This document shows, one piece after another, positions 43,283 to 50,903 of a stretch of 50,903 nt of DNA. The notes under the pieces were generated by a model. That model had not been told where the DNA came from. It ran no database searches and worked only from the letters and a program-made list of their open reading frames with translations. Position 1 is the stretch's first letter. Every line of letters starts with the position of its first letter. The translations under genes were made by a program, and so were the position numbers. This stretch comes from an uncultured Candidatus Saccharibacteria bacterium (GTDB taxonomy: Bacteria > Patescibacteriota > Minisyncoccia > Phycocordibacterales > UBA9973). The stretch lies in NCBI GenBank assembly GCA_964522195.1, contig CAZFSV010000006.1:1408-52310 (forward strand), read 5' to 3'.

Positions 43283-43525
43283 ATGTTTAAAGTTAAAGAT
43301 ATTGTTTATTGTGATGGATGTAAGATTCCTGTTCCTCTTGCTAGACGTACAAGTACTGGTGAAATGGAGCTCATTAAATTTTTTAATGGGAAAAAATCAG
43401 AAATAAAAGTTTCCTATCAAAGTGGTAGCTCGTTCACTATAACTTGTACACAATGTGGTATGGGGCATATATTTTTACACATCGAAGAATCAATATCTTT
43501 AAACGAAAAAATTTCTCTCGCCTAA
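43283..43525 (+). CDS. small Zn-ribbon protein, divergent from the repressor (Cro-position gene)
   Basis: 80 aa with CDGC and CTQC pairs. A long hairpin terminator follows. Confidence 0.5.
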   Translation: MFKVKDIVYCDGCKIPVPLARRTSTGEMELIKFFNGKKSEIKVSYQSGSSFTITCTQCGMGHIFLHIEESISLNEKISLA

Positions 43526-43572
43526 TCTTGAGAAATAATCAGGTTGCAACAATTTAATCGAGCATCGTCTGG

Positions 43573-43626
43573 AACGCCCAGACATCTATCTAACGAAAGT
43601 TGGATATGTGTCTGAGCGTTTTTTTA
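43573..43626 (+). terminator. long hairpin terminator after the Zn-ribbon ORF
   Basis: AACGCCCAGACA ... TGTCTGAGCGTT (one mismatch) followed by TTTTTTT. Confidence 0.6.
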
Positions 43627-43651
43627 TTTACTAATTTAAATTTGAATCTCT

Positions 43652-44944
43652 ATGAAAAAATTAATCTGGGTTACAACCCAAAAGAAAGTTAATGATCTGA
43701 TTCCACAAAATATTAACCCTCGAAAAATTTCTGACAAGCAAATGTCTGACCTTAAGCGCAGCTTAAAAAAATTTAATCTTGTCGAAATTCCTGCAGTAGA
43801 CTTTGATGGAAAAATACTCGCAGGACATCAACGTATCCGAGCGTTGCAACTACTTGATCGTGGTGATGATTTAATAGATATCCGTACACCTAACCGTAAA
43901 CTTACTGAACAGGAATCAAAAGAGTATTTAATTGGTTCCAATAAGCTTGGGGGCGACTGGGATTATGATCTACTAAAATCATTCGACATTGAAACGCTTT
44001 CTTTTGCAGGATTTGATGATATTGAACTTGCAAAATTCTGGGATACAGACAAGGAAATTAAGGAAGATTCATTCGATGTAGAAAAAGAATTAAAGAAAAT
44101 TGTTGATCCAAAAACAAAACTTGGTGACATTATTACCTTAGGTAACCACCGAGTTATTTGTGGAGACTCAACTAAACAAGAAACACTCTCACGACTACTT
44201 CGAAATGAGCGTGCATCCATGATCTATTCAGACCCCGTATACAATCTGGAGATTGACTATGATGGTGGTATCGGTGGAAATCAAAATTATGGAGGAAATG
44301 TTAAAGATTCTCGAACATTTGATGAATATAAAACATTTATTCGTGAAAGTCTTGATTGTGCGCTTGCTGTATCAAATCCTAATACTCATGTCTTTTATTG
44401 GTGTGATCAAATTTATATTGGTCTTATTCAAGATGTTTACCGCTCCTTTGGGATCAGTAATAAACGTGTTTGCTTATGGCTTAAAAATAATCAAAACCCT
44501 GTACCAAAAGTAGCATTTAACAAGGTCTATGAACCTGTCGTATATGGTGTGCGTGGCAAACCCTATCTTGCCAAAGCAATTACAAATCTTAACGAAGTAA
44601 TGAATAAAGAATTGAGTACTGGTAACAATCTTATAGATGAGGTAAATAGCTTTATTGATATTTGGACTGCAAAGAGATTAGCATCAAAAGACTATCAACA
44701 TGCAACTTCTAAACCAATTACACTTCATGAGAAAGCAATTAAACGCTGTACAAAGCCAGGCGAGATTATTCTAGACAGTTTTCTAGGTTCAGGGAGCACT
44801 CTACTAGCAGGAGAACAATTGGGTCGAAAAGTATATGGCTGTGAACTTGAACCTCGCTTCTGCGACTTGATCATCAAACGATACGAAACCATGACAGGTA
44901 ACAAGGTAAAAATTGAACACTATGAAGAAAAATTTACAAAATAA
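43652..44944 (+). CDS. ParB-like nuclease domain fused to a beta-class N6/N4 DNA methyltransferase
   Basis: N-terminal ParBc-like region (NPRKISDKQMSDLKRSLKKFNLVEIPAV...GHQRIRAL). Methyltransferase motif IV variant IYSDPVYN and motif I DSFLGSGSTLLAGEQLGRKVYGCELEP at the C-terminus. Confidence 0.85.
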   Translation: MKKLIWVTTQKKVNDLIPQNINPRKISDKQMSDLKRSLKKFNLVEIPAVDFDGKILAGHQRIRALQLLDRGDDLIDIRTPNRKLTEQESKEYLIGSNKLGGDWDYDLLKSFDIETLSFAGFDDIELAKFWDTDKEIKEDSFDVEKELKKIVDPKTKLGDIITLGNHRVICGDSTKQETLSRLLRNERASMIYSDPVYNLEIDYDGGIGGNQNYGGNVKDSRTFDEYKTFIRESLDCALAVSNPNTHVFYWCDQIYIGLIQDVYRSFGISNKRVCLWLKNNQNPVPKVAFNKVYEPVVYGVRGKPYLAKAITNLNEVMNKELSTGNNLIDEVNSFIDIWTAKRLASKDYQHATSKPITLHEKAIKRCTKPGEIILDSFLGSGSTLLAGEQLGRKVYGCELEPRFCDLIIKRYETMTGNKVKIEHYEEKFTK

Positions 44945-45272
44945 ACTTCTTGAGGAATTAGAGAAAGTACCTATTATCCAAGTTGCTTGTGAAAAAACAG
45001 GTATTTCTCGGAATACATTCTATAAATGGAAGAATTCTGACAAAAATTTATCAGAGGAAATAGAGGCTTCAATAGAAAAAGGGGTTGAGTTTATGAATGA
45101 TGTGGGCGAAAGTCAGCTTTTAACAATGGTAAAAGAGAAAAACTATTTTGCTATAAGTTTTTGGCTTAAACATCGTCATCCAAAATATAGACCAGATAAA
45201 GTAAAACTAGAAGAATTAAAGAAGAAAGAAGGACTATTTGATCTATTAAAACGAGGATTAAACATAAAGTAG
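44922..45272 (+). CDS. HTH protein resembling phage small terminase / phBC6A51-type regulators
   Basis: 116 aa from the ATG at 44922, overlapping the MTase end by 23 nt. HTH segment IIQVACEKTGISRNTFYKWKNSD. Weak call. Confidence 0.45.
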   Translation: MKKNLQNKLLEELEKVPIIQVACEKTGISRNTFYKWKNSDKNLSEEIEASIEKGVEFMNDVGESQLLTMVKEKNYFAISFWLKHRHPKYRPDKVKLEELKKKEGLFDLLKRGLNIK

Positions 45273-45410
45273 CATTTCAAAATAAAGTTTTTTGTTTTGA
45301 ATTATTTTTATGTACTCTCTTTGACTCAATTTTTTTTGGAATATTAATCCAAATAATCACCAGAAAATAGTTGTTCTTTTTAGAAAAGGTTTTTCTAAAA
45401 TATTTGATGA

Positions 45411-46037
45411 CTATTTTATAGAAGCTAGAACAACACATGTTGTTTCCCCTCCATTTTTTGTGCTTTCAGATTTTAGAAATTCACAAAGCTTGGTGCTATC
45501 AAAGTTTTGCCAATTAATTTTTTGATAGGTTGTTTTATCTATTGCCTGTGATATCAATAACTTATTTTCTTTATTACCGTACTGATCAGTTATGTCTGCG
45601 AAATACCACACAATGACATCATACACATTTGGATTTGAAGCAAATGTTTCTTGTAATATTTTTCCTGTTAATTCTCCAGTATTTTTATATAATGCACTTG
45701 CATTGTAGTAGTCTAAAATATTTAAACTAACTGTAATCATTCTAGAACCTTCTGGTCGATTACTATCTGCCTTAACATCTTCAATAGATTTATATGAAAT
45801 ATCTGTTGTATTAGTTTTTACTGCAAGAATTTTTATGCGATCTTCATATGTTTTCGGTTGAGTAGTTGCAACTTCTGTTGTTGAAGTAGTTTTTTGTGAT
45901 GTATCTGATCCACCAAGCATACTTCCTATCATTATTACAAAAAATATAATTATTACCCCTGTTAAAATTGGATGTTTTTTAATCCACTCCTTATTTTTAT
46001 TTATACTATTTGCATCTGACGACATGTCTAATTTCAT
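45411..46037 (-). CDS. membrane-anchored extracytoplasmic protein, unknown function
   Basis: 208 aa with an N-terminal TM helix (ILTGVIIIFFVIMIGSML), a Thr/Ser linker and a globular domain. Confidence 0.5.
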   Translation of the reverse strand: MKLDMSSDANSINKNKEWIKKHPILTGVIIIFFVIMIGSMLGGSDTSQKTTSTTEVATTQPKTYEDRIKILAVKTNTTDISYKSIEDVKADSNRPEGSRMITVSLNILDYYNASALYKNTGELTGKILQETFASNPNVYDVIVWYFADITDQYGNKENKLLISQAIDKTTYQKINWQNFDSTKLCEFLKSESTKNGGETTCVVLASIK

Positions 46038-46138
46038 AAATTTTTCTTTTGCGTATTAGTTTTAATTCTAGGGTAAGACGCAAAAAGCCTACCACTAGGT
46101 AGAGTCTTTCGACTCATATATCCGTTTCCAGATATAAC

Positions 46139-46186
46139 GCAACGAGCGACCCTAGTGATAGGTTCTTTATGCTCGTTGCGATTTTT
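46139..46186 (+). terminator. terminator-like hairpin closing a structured intergenic segment
   Basis: Perfect 9-bp stem GCAACGAGC/GCTCGTTGC with a nested CCTA/TAGG pair, followed by GATTTTT. Confidence 0.4.
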
Positions 46187-46310
46187 CACCATGCCACCCG
46201 ATTTCTCAAATGGTTTAGGCTACTGCTTTATTTAGTTGTAAATGAATAATAGCATTTTCGACCCTATTATTCAACGGACATTCTATCGCAGAACCTTAAA
46301 ATCACAGAGG

Positions 46311-46332
46311 AAGTTACCAACAAGTTACCAAC
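46311..46332 (+). repeat. perfect tandem 11-mer AAGTTACCAAC x2 upstream of the serine recombinase
   Basis: Read directly at 46311-46321 and 46322-46332. An (AT)7 run at 46371-46384 overlaps the ATG. Confidence 0.8.
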
Positions 46333-46382
46333 GATTGGGGGCTTAGCAAAAGAGCTAATCTGCCTCATTAATATATATATAT

Positions 46383-47663
46383 ATGACAGAAGTTGAACAA
46401 AGCCAAATGAAGTATTGCTTATACGCTCGTAAATCAACCGAAGCAGAAGAAAAACAAGCACTTTCAATTGATTCTCAAATCAAAGAAATGAAACAGATTG
46501 CCGAGCGTGAAAATCTAACTATAGTTGAAATTCGCAAGGAATCACACTCTGCAAAGGAATCTGGGCAAAGACCAGTATTTGAGGAAATTGTAAAAGACAT
46601 TGATACAGGGATATTTAATGGAATTATTACATGGGCACCCGATAGACTTTCTCGTAATGCTGGTGACCTTGGAAAACTTGTAGACAGAATGGATCAAAAG
46701 AAATTGATTACGATTAAAACTTTTGGTCAGACTTTTTCTAATTCGCCAAGTGATAAGTTCCTGCTAATGATCCTTTGTAGTCAGGCAAAGCTTGAAAACG
46801 ATAATAAAAGTATCAACGTAAAGCGTGGTATGAGAGCGAGATGTGAAATGGGATTATGGCCAGTACAACCACCAACAGGATATAGAAAGCCTAATCAACG
46901 ATTAGCTAAGTGTGAGGTAGAAATAGATCCGGAACGAGCCGATACCATCAGACAAATATTTGAGAAGATTAGTTATGAAAAATGGAGTGTATCAAAAGTA
47001 CACGCATGGCTACGATATGATCTTAATTTTAAAACTCACAGAGGTTTTCACTTAAGTCTAGGAAATGTATTTAAGATTATAAATAATACTTTCTATTATG
47101 GTCGCTTTGAGTTTCCGCAAGGATCAGGTATTTGGTATGAGGGAAAACACAAACCTATCATCTCGAAAGAGCTGTTTGATGAGACAAGAAACTCTATCAA
47201 GTCGCAGACGATAAAATCACAAGGAAAAGAGTTTGCTTTTACCCGAATTATGAAATGTGGAGCTTGCGGATCTGGTATTACTGCTGATGAAAAGTTCAAG
47301 AAACTTCTAAATGGCGGAGTGAACCGACATGTCTATTATCGATGTACAAAAGCAAAAGATAGGAATTGTAAAAATCCTGCACTGAATGAAACTGAACTTA
47401 TCGAATCACTACTCGATATGGTTGATACTTTGAACATAAACAAGGTTAAACTCACCGCAAAGCTTGATGTTGAGATTCAAAAGTTTAAGAAGTTACAAGC
47501 AATGTTTTTGGGAAAGAAAAAGACAGAGAAAATAGAGCCAATTGATCTCAAGGATTACACAAAATTTGTACTAAAAGAAGGATCTCCGTTAGAACAGAGA
47601 TCTATCTTGGAATGTATCAGTAGTGAATTGGTTTTGAAGAATAAGATAATTAAATTGCTGTAA
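46383..47663 (+). CDS. large serine recombinase (resolvase catalytic domain + recombinase domain + Zn ribbon + coiled coil)
   Basis: YCLYARKSTEAEEKQALSIDSQ contains the catalytic Ser. Also DRLSRN, a recombinase domain, and a Zn ribbon CGACGS...YYRC. The start may instead be the ATG at 46407. Confidence 0.9.
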   Translation: MTEVEQSQMKYCLYARKSTEAEEKQALSIDSQIKEMKQIAERENLTIVEIRKESHSAKESGQRPVFEEIVKDIDTGIFNGIITWAPDRLSRNAGDLGKLVDRMDQKKLITIKTFGQTFSNSPSDKFLLMILCSQAKLENDNKSINVKRGMRARCEMGLWPVQPPTGYRKPNQRLAKCEVEIDPERADTIRQIFEKISYEKWSVSKVHAWLRYDLNFKTHRGFHLSLGNVFKIINNTFYYGRFEFPQGSGIWYEGKHKPIISKELFDETRNSIKSQTIKSQGKEFAFTRIMKCGACGSGITADEKFKKLLNGGVNRHVYYRCTKAKDRNCKNPALNETELIESLLDMVDTLNINKVKLTAKLDVEIQKFKKLQAMFLGKKKTEKIEPIDLKDYTKFVLKEGSPLEQRSILECISSELVLKNKIIKLL

Positions 47664-47667
47664 ATCA

Positions 47668-48444
47668 CTACGGCAAAATATCTTTTAAGTGATCAGCAAA
47701 CAGATCTCTAATTTTTAGATAATATTTCTTATTTTCAAGACTATTTATGACATCATCTGGCATAAGAGTGCACAAAGAAAAAATATCTTGGTAACTAAGA
47801 TAATTAGGAGCTGTAAATGCTAACTCGACCTCATCCATTGAGATATTTTCAATTAAATCATCATCAGAACCTTCTCCATTTTCTACATACTCTTTGATTT
47901 CAAAAGATTTATTCGCCACAAAACTATCCAACTCTTTTAAGAGTGCCCCCTCATATAAATTTGCAATCAGAGCAACAACTTCATTGTATTCATTAATTTT
48001 AGAATAAAACTGGTCTTCATTTATTTTGGTATATGTAGCGTGTCCTAAGTTTTGATTTCTAAAATCAACAATAGTTTTAGCTTTTTTAATAACTTCTACA
48101 GAGTTTTCATATAGATTTAAGAAATTTATAGAACTTCTTTCTTTTAAGTCTTTATGAGAAAAAGCTGTTGGGCTATTTGCTATTTCTAGTTTTTGAACAA
48201 GATCTCCTCCTAAATGAATTAGTGAGGTCTTAAAGTCTTCTGTCTTCCACAGTTTTGTTTTATACAAAACTTGGTTTACGTAACACATAAAAAGCAAGTG
48301 ATACGTAATCAATGCTGATCTATAAGAACCAGATTCAATTTGGTCGAAAAAATCTTGCTGTAATTCAACTATGTAATCCTGCTCAATTTGAGAATTGTAT
48401 TTTAGAGATAAATAGCCAGGAAGATTCCATCGAAATTCATCCAT
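47668..48444 (-). CDS. HEPN-like (DUF4145/Abi-type) protein co-transcribed with the M-S methyltransferase
   Basis: 258 aa, starting 2 nt after the hsdMS stop. All-helical N-domain with an R-x5-H motif (FRNQNLGH, DNA 48040-48060) and an acidic C-terminal half. Family call made by eye. Confidence 0.45.
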   Translation of the reverse strand: MDEFRWNLPGYLSLKYNSQIEQDYIVELQQDFFDQIESGSYRSALITYHLLFMCYVNQVLYKTKLWKTEDFKTSLIHLGGDLVQKLEIANSPTAFSHKDLKERSSINFLNLYENSVEVIKKAKTIVDFRNQNLGHATYTKINEDQFYSKINEYNEVVALIANLYEGALLKELDSFVANKSFEIKEYVENGEGSDDDLIENISMDEVELAFTAPNYLSYQDIFSLCTLMPDDVINSLENKKYYLKIRDLFADHLKDILP

Positions 48445-48446
48445 GG

Positions 48447-50891
48447 TTAAATTTCAGATAAAACTTTCTCTATCTTTTTCTCCATCATTTTAATAAGTTC
48501 TTTATTTGATAAAATGACTTCATTTTCAATTTTTATCTGATCAGAAAAACTGTTTTGAATTTCTTTAGGTACAGACGGAATTTGAATTTTAGATACATAG
48601 TCAAAACTTACTCGAGGTAACTGTGCGCCTTTTAGACCTTTTAACACCTCCTCATTGAAGTCGTTACTTCTTAATATTAATTCATAGAATTCTGGTGAAT
48701 ATTCAGGTTTGGTAGTTAACACCAATATATCTGTAGAACAAATTCCATCTATATTGGCGAGCCAAACCTTATTCAAATTTGGTCGTAATTTTCCATATAA
48801 CACATCTCCTTTTTTAAATACATTCTTTATACTTTTTATAGATTTTATGTCTGTATTAACTTCTCCAACCAAATTACCTGAGTTCGATTCTATGTTTTCA
48901 AGTCCAACATAAGAAATTACCCCTGTTTGATTCTGAGGATTGATCTGTTCTTTTCTTAAAGTAAATATTTCTCCAAGTTCGGTCATAGTAATATTCTCTA
49001 ACTTCTTAAGTGACTGACCAAAATATCGTCTCTCTCTCTCTAGATTTTCGATGACTTGTTTTGCTCCCTCAATGGCTTTTTGTTTAACTTCAATTTGTTC
49101 AACGATTTCTTTTTGAACATCAAGAGGAGGGAGTGGGATTTCTAAATTCCTTATTGAGGTTGAGTTTATACTTGCTTGATTTACAGCTTTTTGCGCAAAT
49201 CTTCTTGCGTTTTCAATAAAATCTTTTGTTTTTAAAATACTGATAGCGTATTCAGGTATTATCTTACTTTTGTCTGGTCTTAGTCTTATGAGATTTGAAC
49301 CATGTACAACCTTTTCATTTATATTCATAAATATCGCAGTTTTTGCCAAATGTTCAATACTGTTTATATGACTAAAAAGAATATCTCCTTCGACAAGGAA
49401 GTCGTTTTCACTAACTTCATCATTTGTATATTTAGTTTTATTGAGGTCAACTGTACCGTCAGCTATAGTCTGAATTCTTGATACTTTGTACTTACCAACC
49501 TGATCAAACTGATCTACATTTTTACCGTTTTTAATTTCTATGAAAATATCTTCCAATTTAACTGATGGATATTTTTCGTTTCTGACTTCAACGGTTCTGT
49601 ATCTATCCGCAGAAAGATTATAGTCTCCGGTTTCAGAAATTTTTTCTTTTGAAACAGTAAATCCTTTTCCTGATCCATTGACAAATGACTCTATCGTTTC
49701 TTGATTTTCTCCATTTCGAACATATTCTCTAAATCCTTTCAAAATAACTCCCGCATCTCCGAGATCATCTTTTTCAATCTTTCGTCGCTGTGCACCAAGG
49801 TCATATCCATCACTAGTTACTTTTACAAATAACAAATCCTTTGTTTTCTTCGCTACTTCGTTATCAAAAAATAGAATACTGGTTTTTACTCCTGAATATG
49901 GATTAAATACTCCGGCAGGGAGCGATACTACAGCAAAGAGTCCGTCATTCACAAGATTCTTACGGAGTTCTTTGTATGCTTTTCCTGATTGGAAAATAAT
50001 ACCCTCTGGAACAATAATACCTGCTCGTCCTTTTGGTTTCAAGTGATTCATTATGTAGTCCACAAAAAGAACTTCCGCACGGTTTGCTTGAACACTGAAT
50101 TTATTATGCGGTTTTATACCTCCTTTTGGAGACATAAATGGAGGGTTCGCCAGAATAAGATCAAACTTGTCGTTCCAACGATCTTCACTCGCAAGCGTAT
50201 TGTAGTTGTAGATTTTTGGAGTAGTAAACTTGTGCAAATACATGTTCACCTGTGACATACGAACCATGGTTGGATCAACATCGTATCCTTCAAAGTTATT
50301 TACAAGTTTTCTGCGTTCGTCTGCTGTAAGCTGTCGCATTTTGCCAGTTTCTGGATCAACACCTTCGTTTTGTCTCTTGATATAGTTGTACGCACTAATC
50401 AAAAATCCAGCAGTACCACAAGCAGGGTCTAGGATAGTGTCGTCCTTGGTTGGTGCAAGAACATCAACAATAAAATCAATAATATGGCGAGGTGTGCGGA
50501 ATTGTCCCGCATCACCTTGTGATGACATGATTGAAAGAAGATACTCATATGCATTTCCGAGTTCCTCTGAATGAGTGTAATCAAAGTATGAAATCTCTTT
50601 TAGGAAAAGACCGAGAACTTCTGGATCTCGATATGGCAAAAATGCTTGTTTGAAAATATCTCTAAAAAGCTGTGGCAGTTGTTTTGCTTCTGAAAATTTC
50701 ATCAACGCTTCGGTATAGAGGTTCATTCGTTCTTGATTACCAAGACGAGAATCCATTACTTTTGTCCAAGCGTATTTTTCAAGATCTTTTACAAAGAAAG
50801 ATGGATCGCCACCAGCTTTGATAGCCTGCTGATCCATGTCGTCCATGAATTTGTAAATAAGAGCATTGGTAATTTGCTCCACTTGAGACAT
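48447..50891 (-). CDS. type I-like restriction-modification methyltransferase with fused specificity subunit (HsdM-HsdS)
   Basis: 814 aa. Motif I ILDPACGTAGFL and motif IV LANPPFMS (N6-adenine gamma class). The C-terminal ~385 aa carry two TRDs separated by the conserved helices LPPLDVQKEIVEQIE... and IPSVPKEIQNSFSDQIK... No HsdR lies within the window. Confidence 0.85.
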   Translation of the reverse strand: MSQVEQITNALIYKFMDDMDQQAIKAGGDPSFFVKDLEKYAWTKVMDSRLGNQERMNLYTEALMKFSEAKQLPQLFRDIFKQAFLPYRDPEVLGLFLKEISYFDYTHSEELGNAYEYLLSIMSSQGDAGQFRTPRHIIDFIVDVLAPTKDDTILDPACGTAGFLISAYNYIKRQNEGVDPETGKMRQLTADERRKLVNNFEGYDVDPTMVRMSQVNMYLHKFTTPKIYNYNTLASEDRWNDKFDLILANPPFMSPKGGIKPHNKFSVQANRAEVLFVDYIMNHLKPKGRAGIIVPEGIIFQSGKAYKELRKNLVNDGLFAVVSLPAGVFNPYSGVKTSILFFDNEVAKKTKDLLFVKVTSDGYDLGAQRRKIEKDDLGDAGVILKGFREYVRNGENQETIESFVNGSGKGFTVSKEKISETGDYNLSADRYRTVEVRNEKYPSVKLEDIFIEIKNGKNVDQFDQVGKYKVSRIQTIADGTVDLNKTKYTNDEVSENDFLVEGDILFSHINSIEHLAKTAIFMNINEKVVHGSNLIRLRPDKSKIIPEYAISILKTKDFIENARRFAQKAVNQASINSTSIRNLEIPLPPLDVQKEIVEQIEVKQKAIEGAKQVIENLERERRYFGQSLKKLENITMTELGEIFTLRKEQINPQNQTGVISYVGLENIESNSGNLVGEVNTDIKSIKSIKNVFKKGDVLYGKLRPNLNKVWLANIDGICSTDILVLTTKPEYSPEFYELILRSNDFNEEVLKGLKGAQLPRVSFDYVSKIQIPSVPKEIQNSFSDQIKIENEVILSNKELIKMMEKKIEKVLSEI

Positions 50892-50903
50892 TGGATTTGG
50901 AAC

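Larger units (their letters stand above)
40760..50903. mobile_element. integrated mobile/defence island (prophage remnant or satellite-like), right end beyond the window
   Basis: Carries a serine recombinase, a CI/LexA-type repressor with a divergent gene, a ParB-MTase, a TerS-like HTH, a TIR cassette and a type I M-S fusion. It looks GC-richer than the flanks (sampled lines only). The left boundary is placed just after the strong terminator at 40758, and no att repeat was identified. Confidence 0.5.

Noticed and set aside
46383-50891. Serine recombinase acting as an invertase for phase-variable hsdS shuffling
   Set aside because: The recombinase is of the large integrase type, with a recombinase domain, Zn ribbon and coiled coil. 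Only one specificity module is present, fused to HsdM, and I saw no silent hsdS cassettes or flanking inverted repeats.
1-50903. Alternative genetic code (UGA recoding, as in some CPR lineages such as Gracilibacteria/Absconditabacteria)
   Set aside because: All conserved genes (leuS, valS, lepA, eno, gdhA, tsaD) are full-length under the standard code. TGA appears to function as a stop, for example at the end of 24131..24415. Code 11 is sufficient.

Overview
By eye this is an AT-rich, tightly packed bacterial chromosome segment. Nearly all stops are TAA, no Shine-Dalgarno motifs are visible, and many enzymes are shortened. The gene content (DUF5671-like, GH3, cohesin/dockerin, minimal pyruvate kinase) points to a Patescibacteria/CPR (Parcubacteria-like) genome; that placement is inference only.

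Layout:
- 0.5-7.8 kb: a secreted and surface-protein locus with two paralogous beta-rich subunits, a DUF916/PapD-like anchored protein, one dockerin protein and two membrane-anchored cohesin-like proteins.
- 7.8-39.3 kb: housekeeping genes (ychF, leuS, Wzy-like/TPR, murJ, lepA, a 2-hydroxyacid dehydrogenase/glycerate kinase/enolase/pyruvate kinase operon, glutaredoxin, hsp20, prsW, valS, tsaD, an orphan histidine kinase, gdhA, a GlmU-N-like transferase, GH3, a PGRP-type amidase) and three tRNAs (Arg-CCT, Phe-GAA, Val-GAC).
- About 40.8 kb to the window end: a visibly more GC-rich mobile/defence island.

The island carries:
- A LexA/CI-type S24 repressor co-transcribed with DUF2188, a ThsB-like TIR protein and an unclassifiable single-pass membrane protein. 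This cassette is my best candidate for an undescribed defence system.
- A divergent Zn-ribbon ORF, a ParB-nuclease/DNA-methyltransferase fusion and a TerS-like HTH protein.
- A large serine recombinase preceded by a densely structured non-coding region.
- A fused HsdM-HsdS methyltransferase followed by a HEPN-like (Rx5H) protein.

Two essential genes (leuS and tsaD) each carry an in-frame insertion with near-perfect AT-rich inverted-repeat arms around a GC-rich core, reminiscent of Rickettsia palindromic elements. I saw no CRISPR array, rRNA or IS transposase. All family assignments come from reading motifs by eye; no searches were run.
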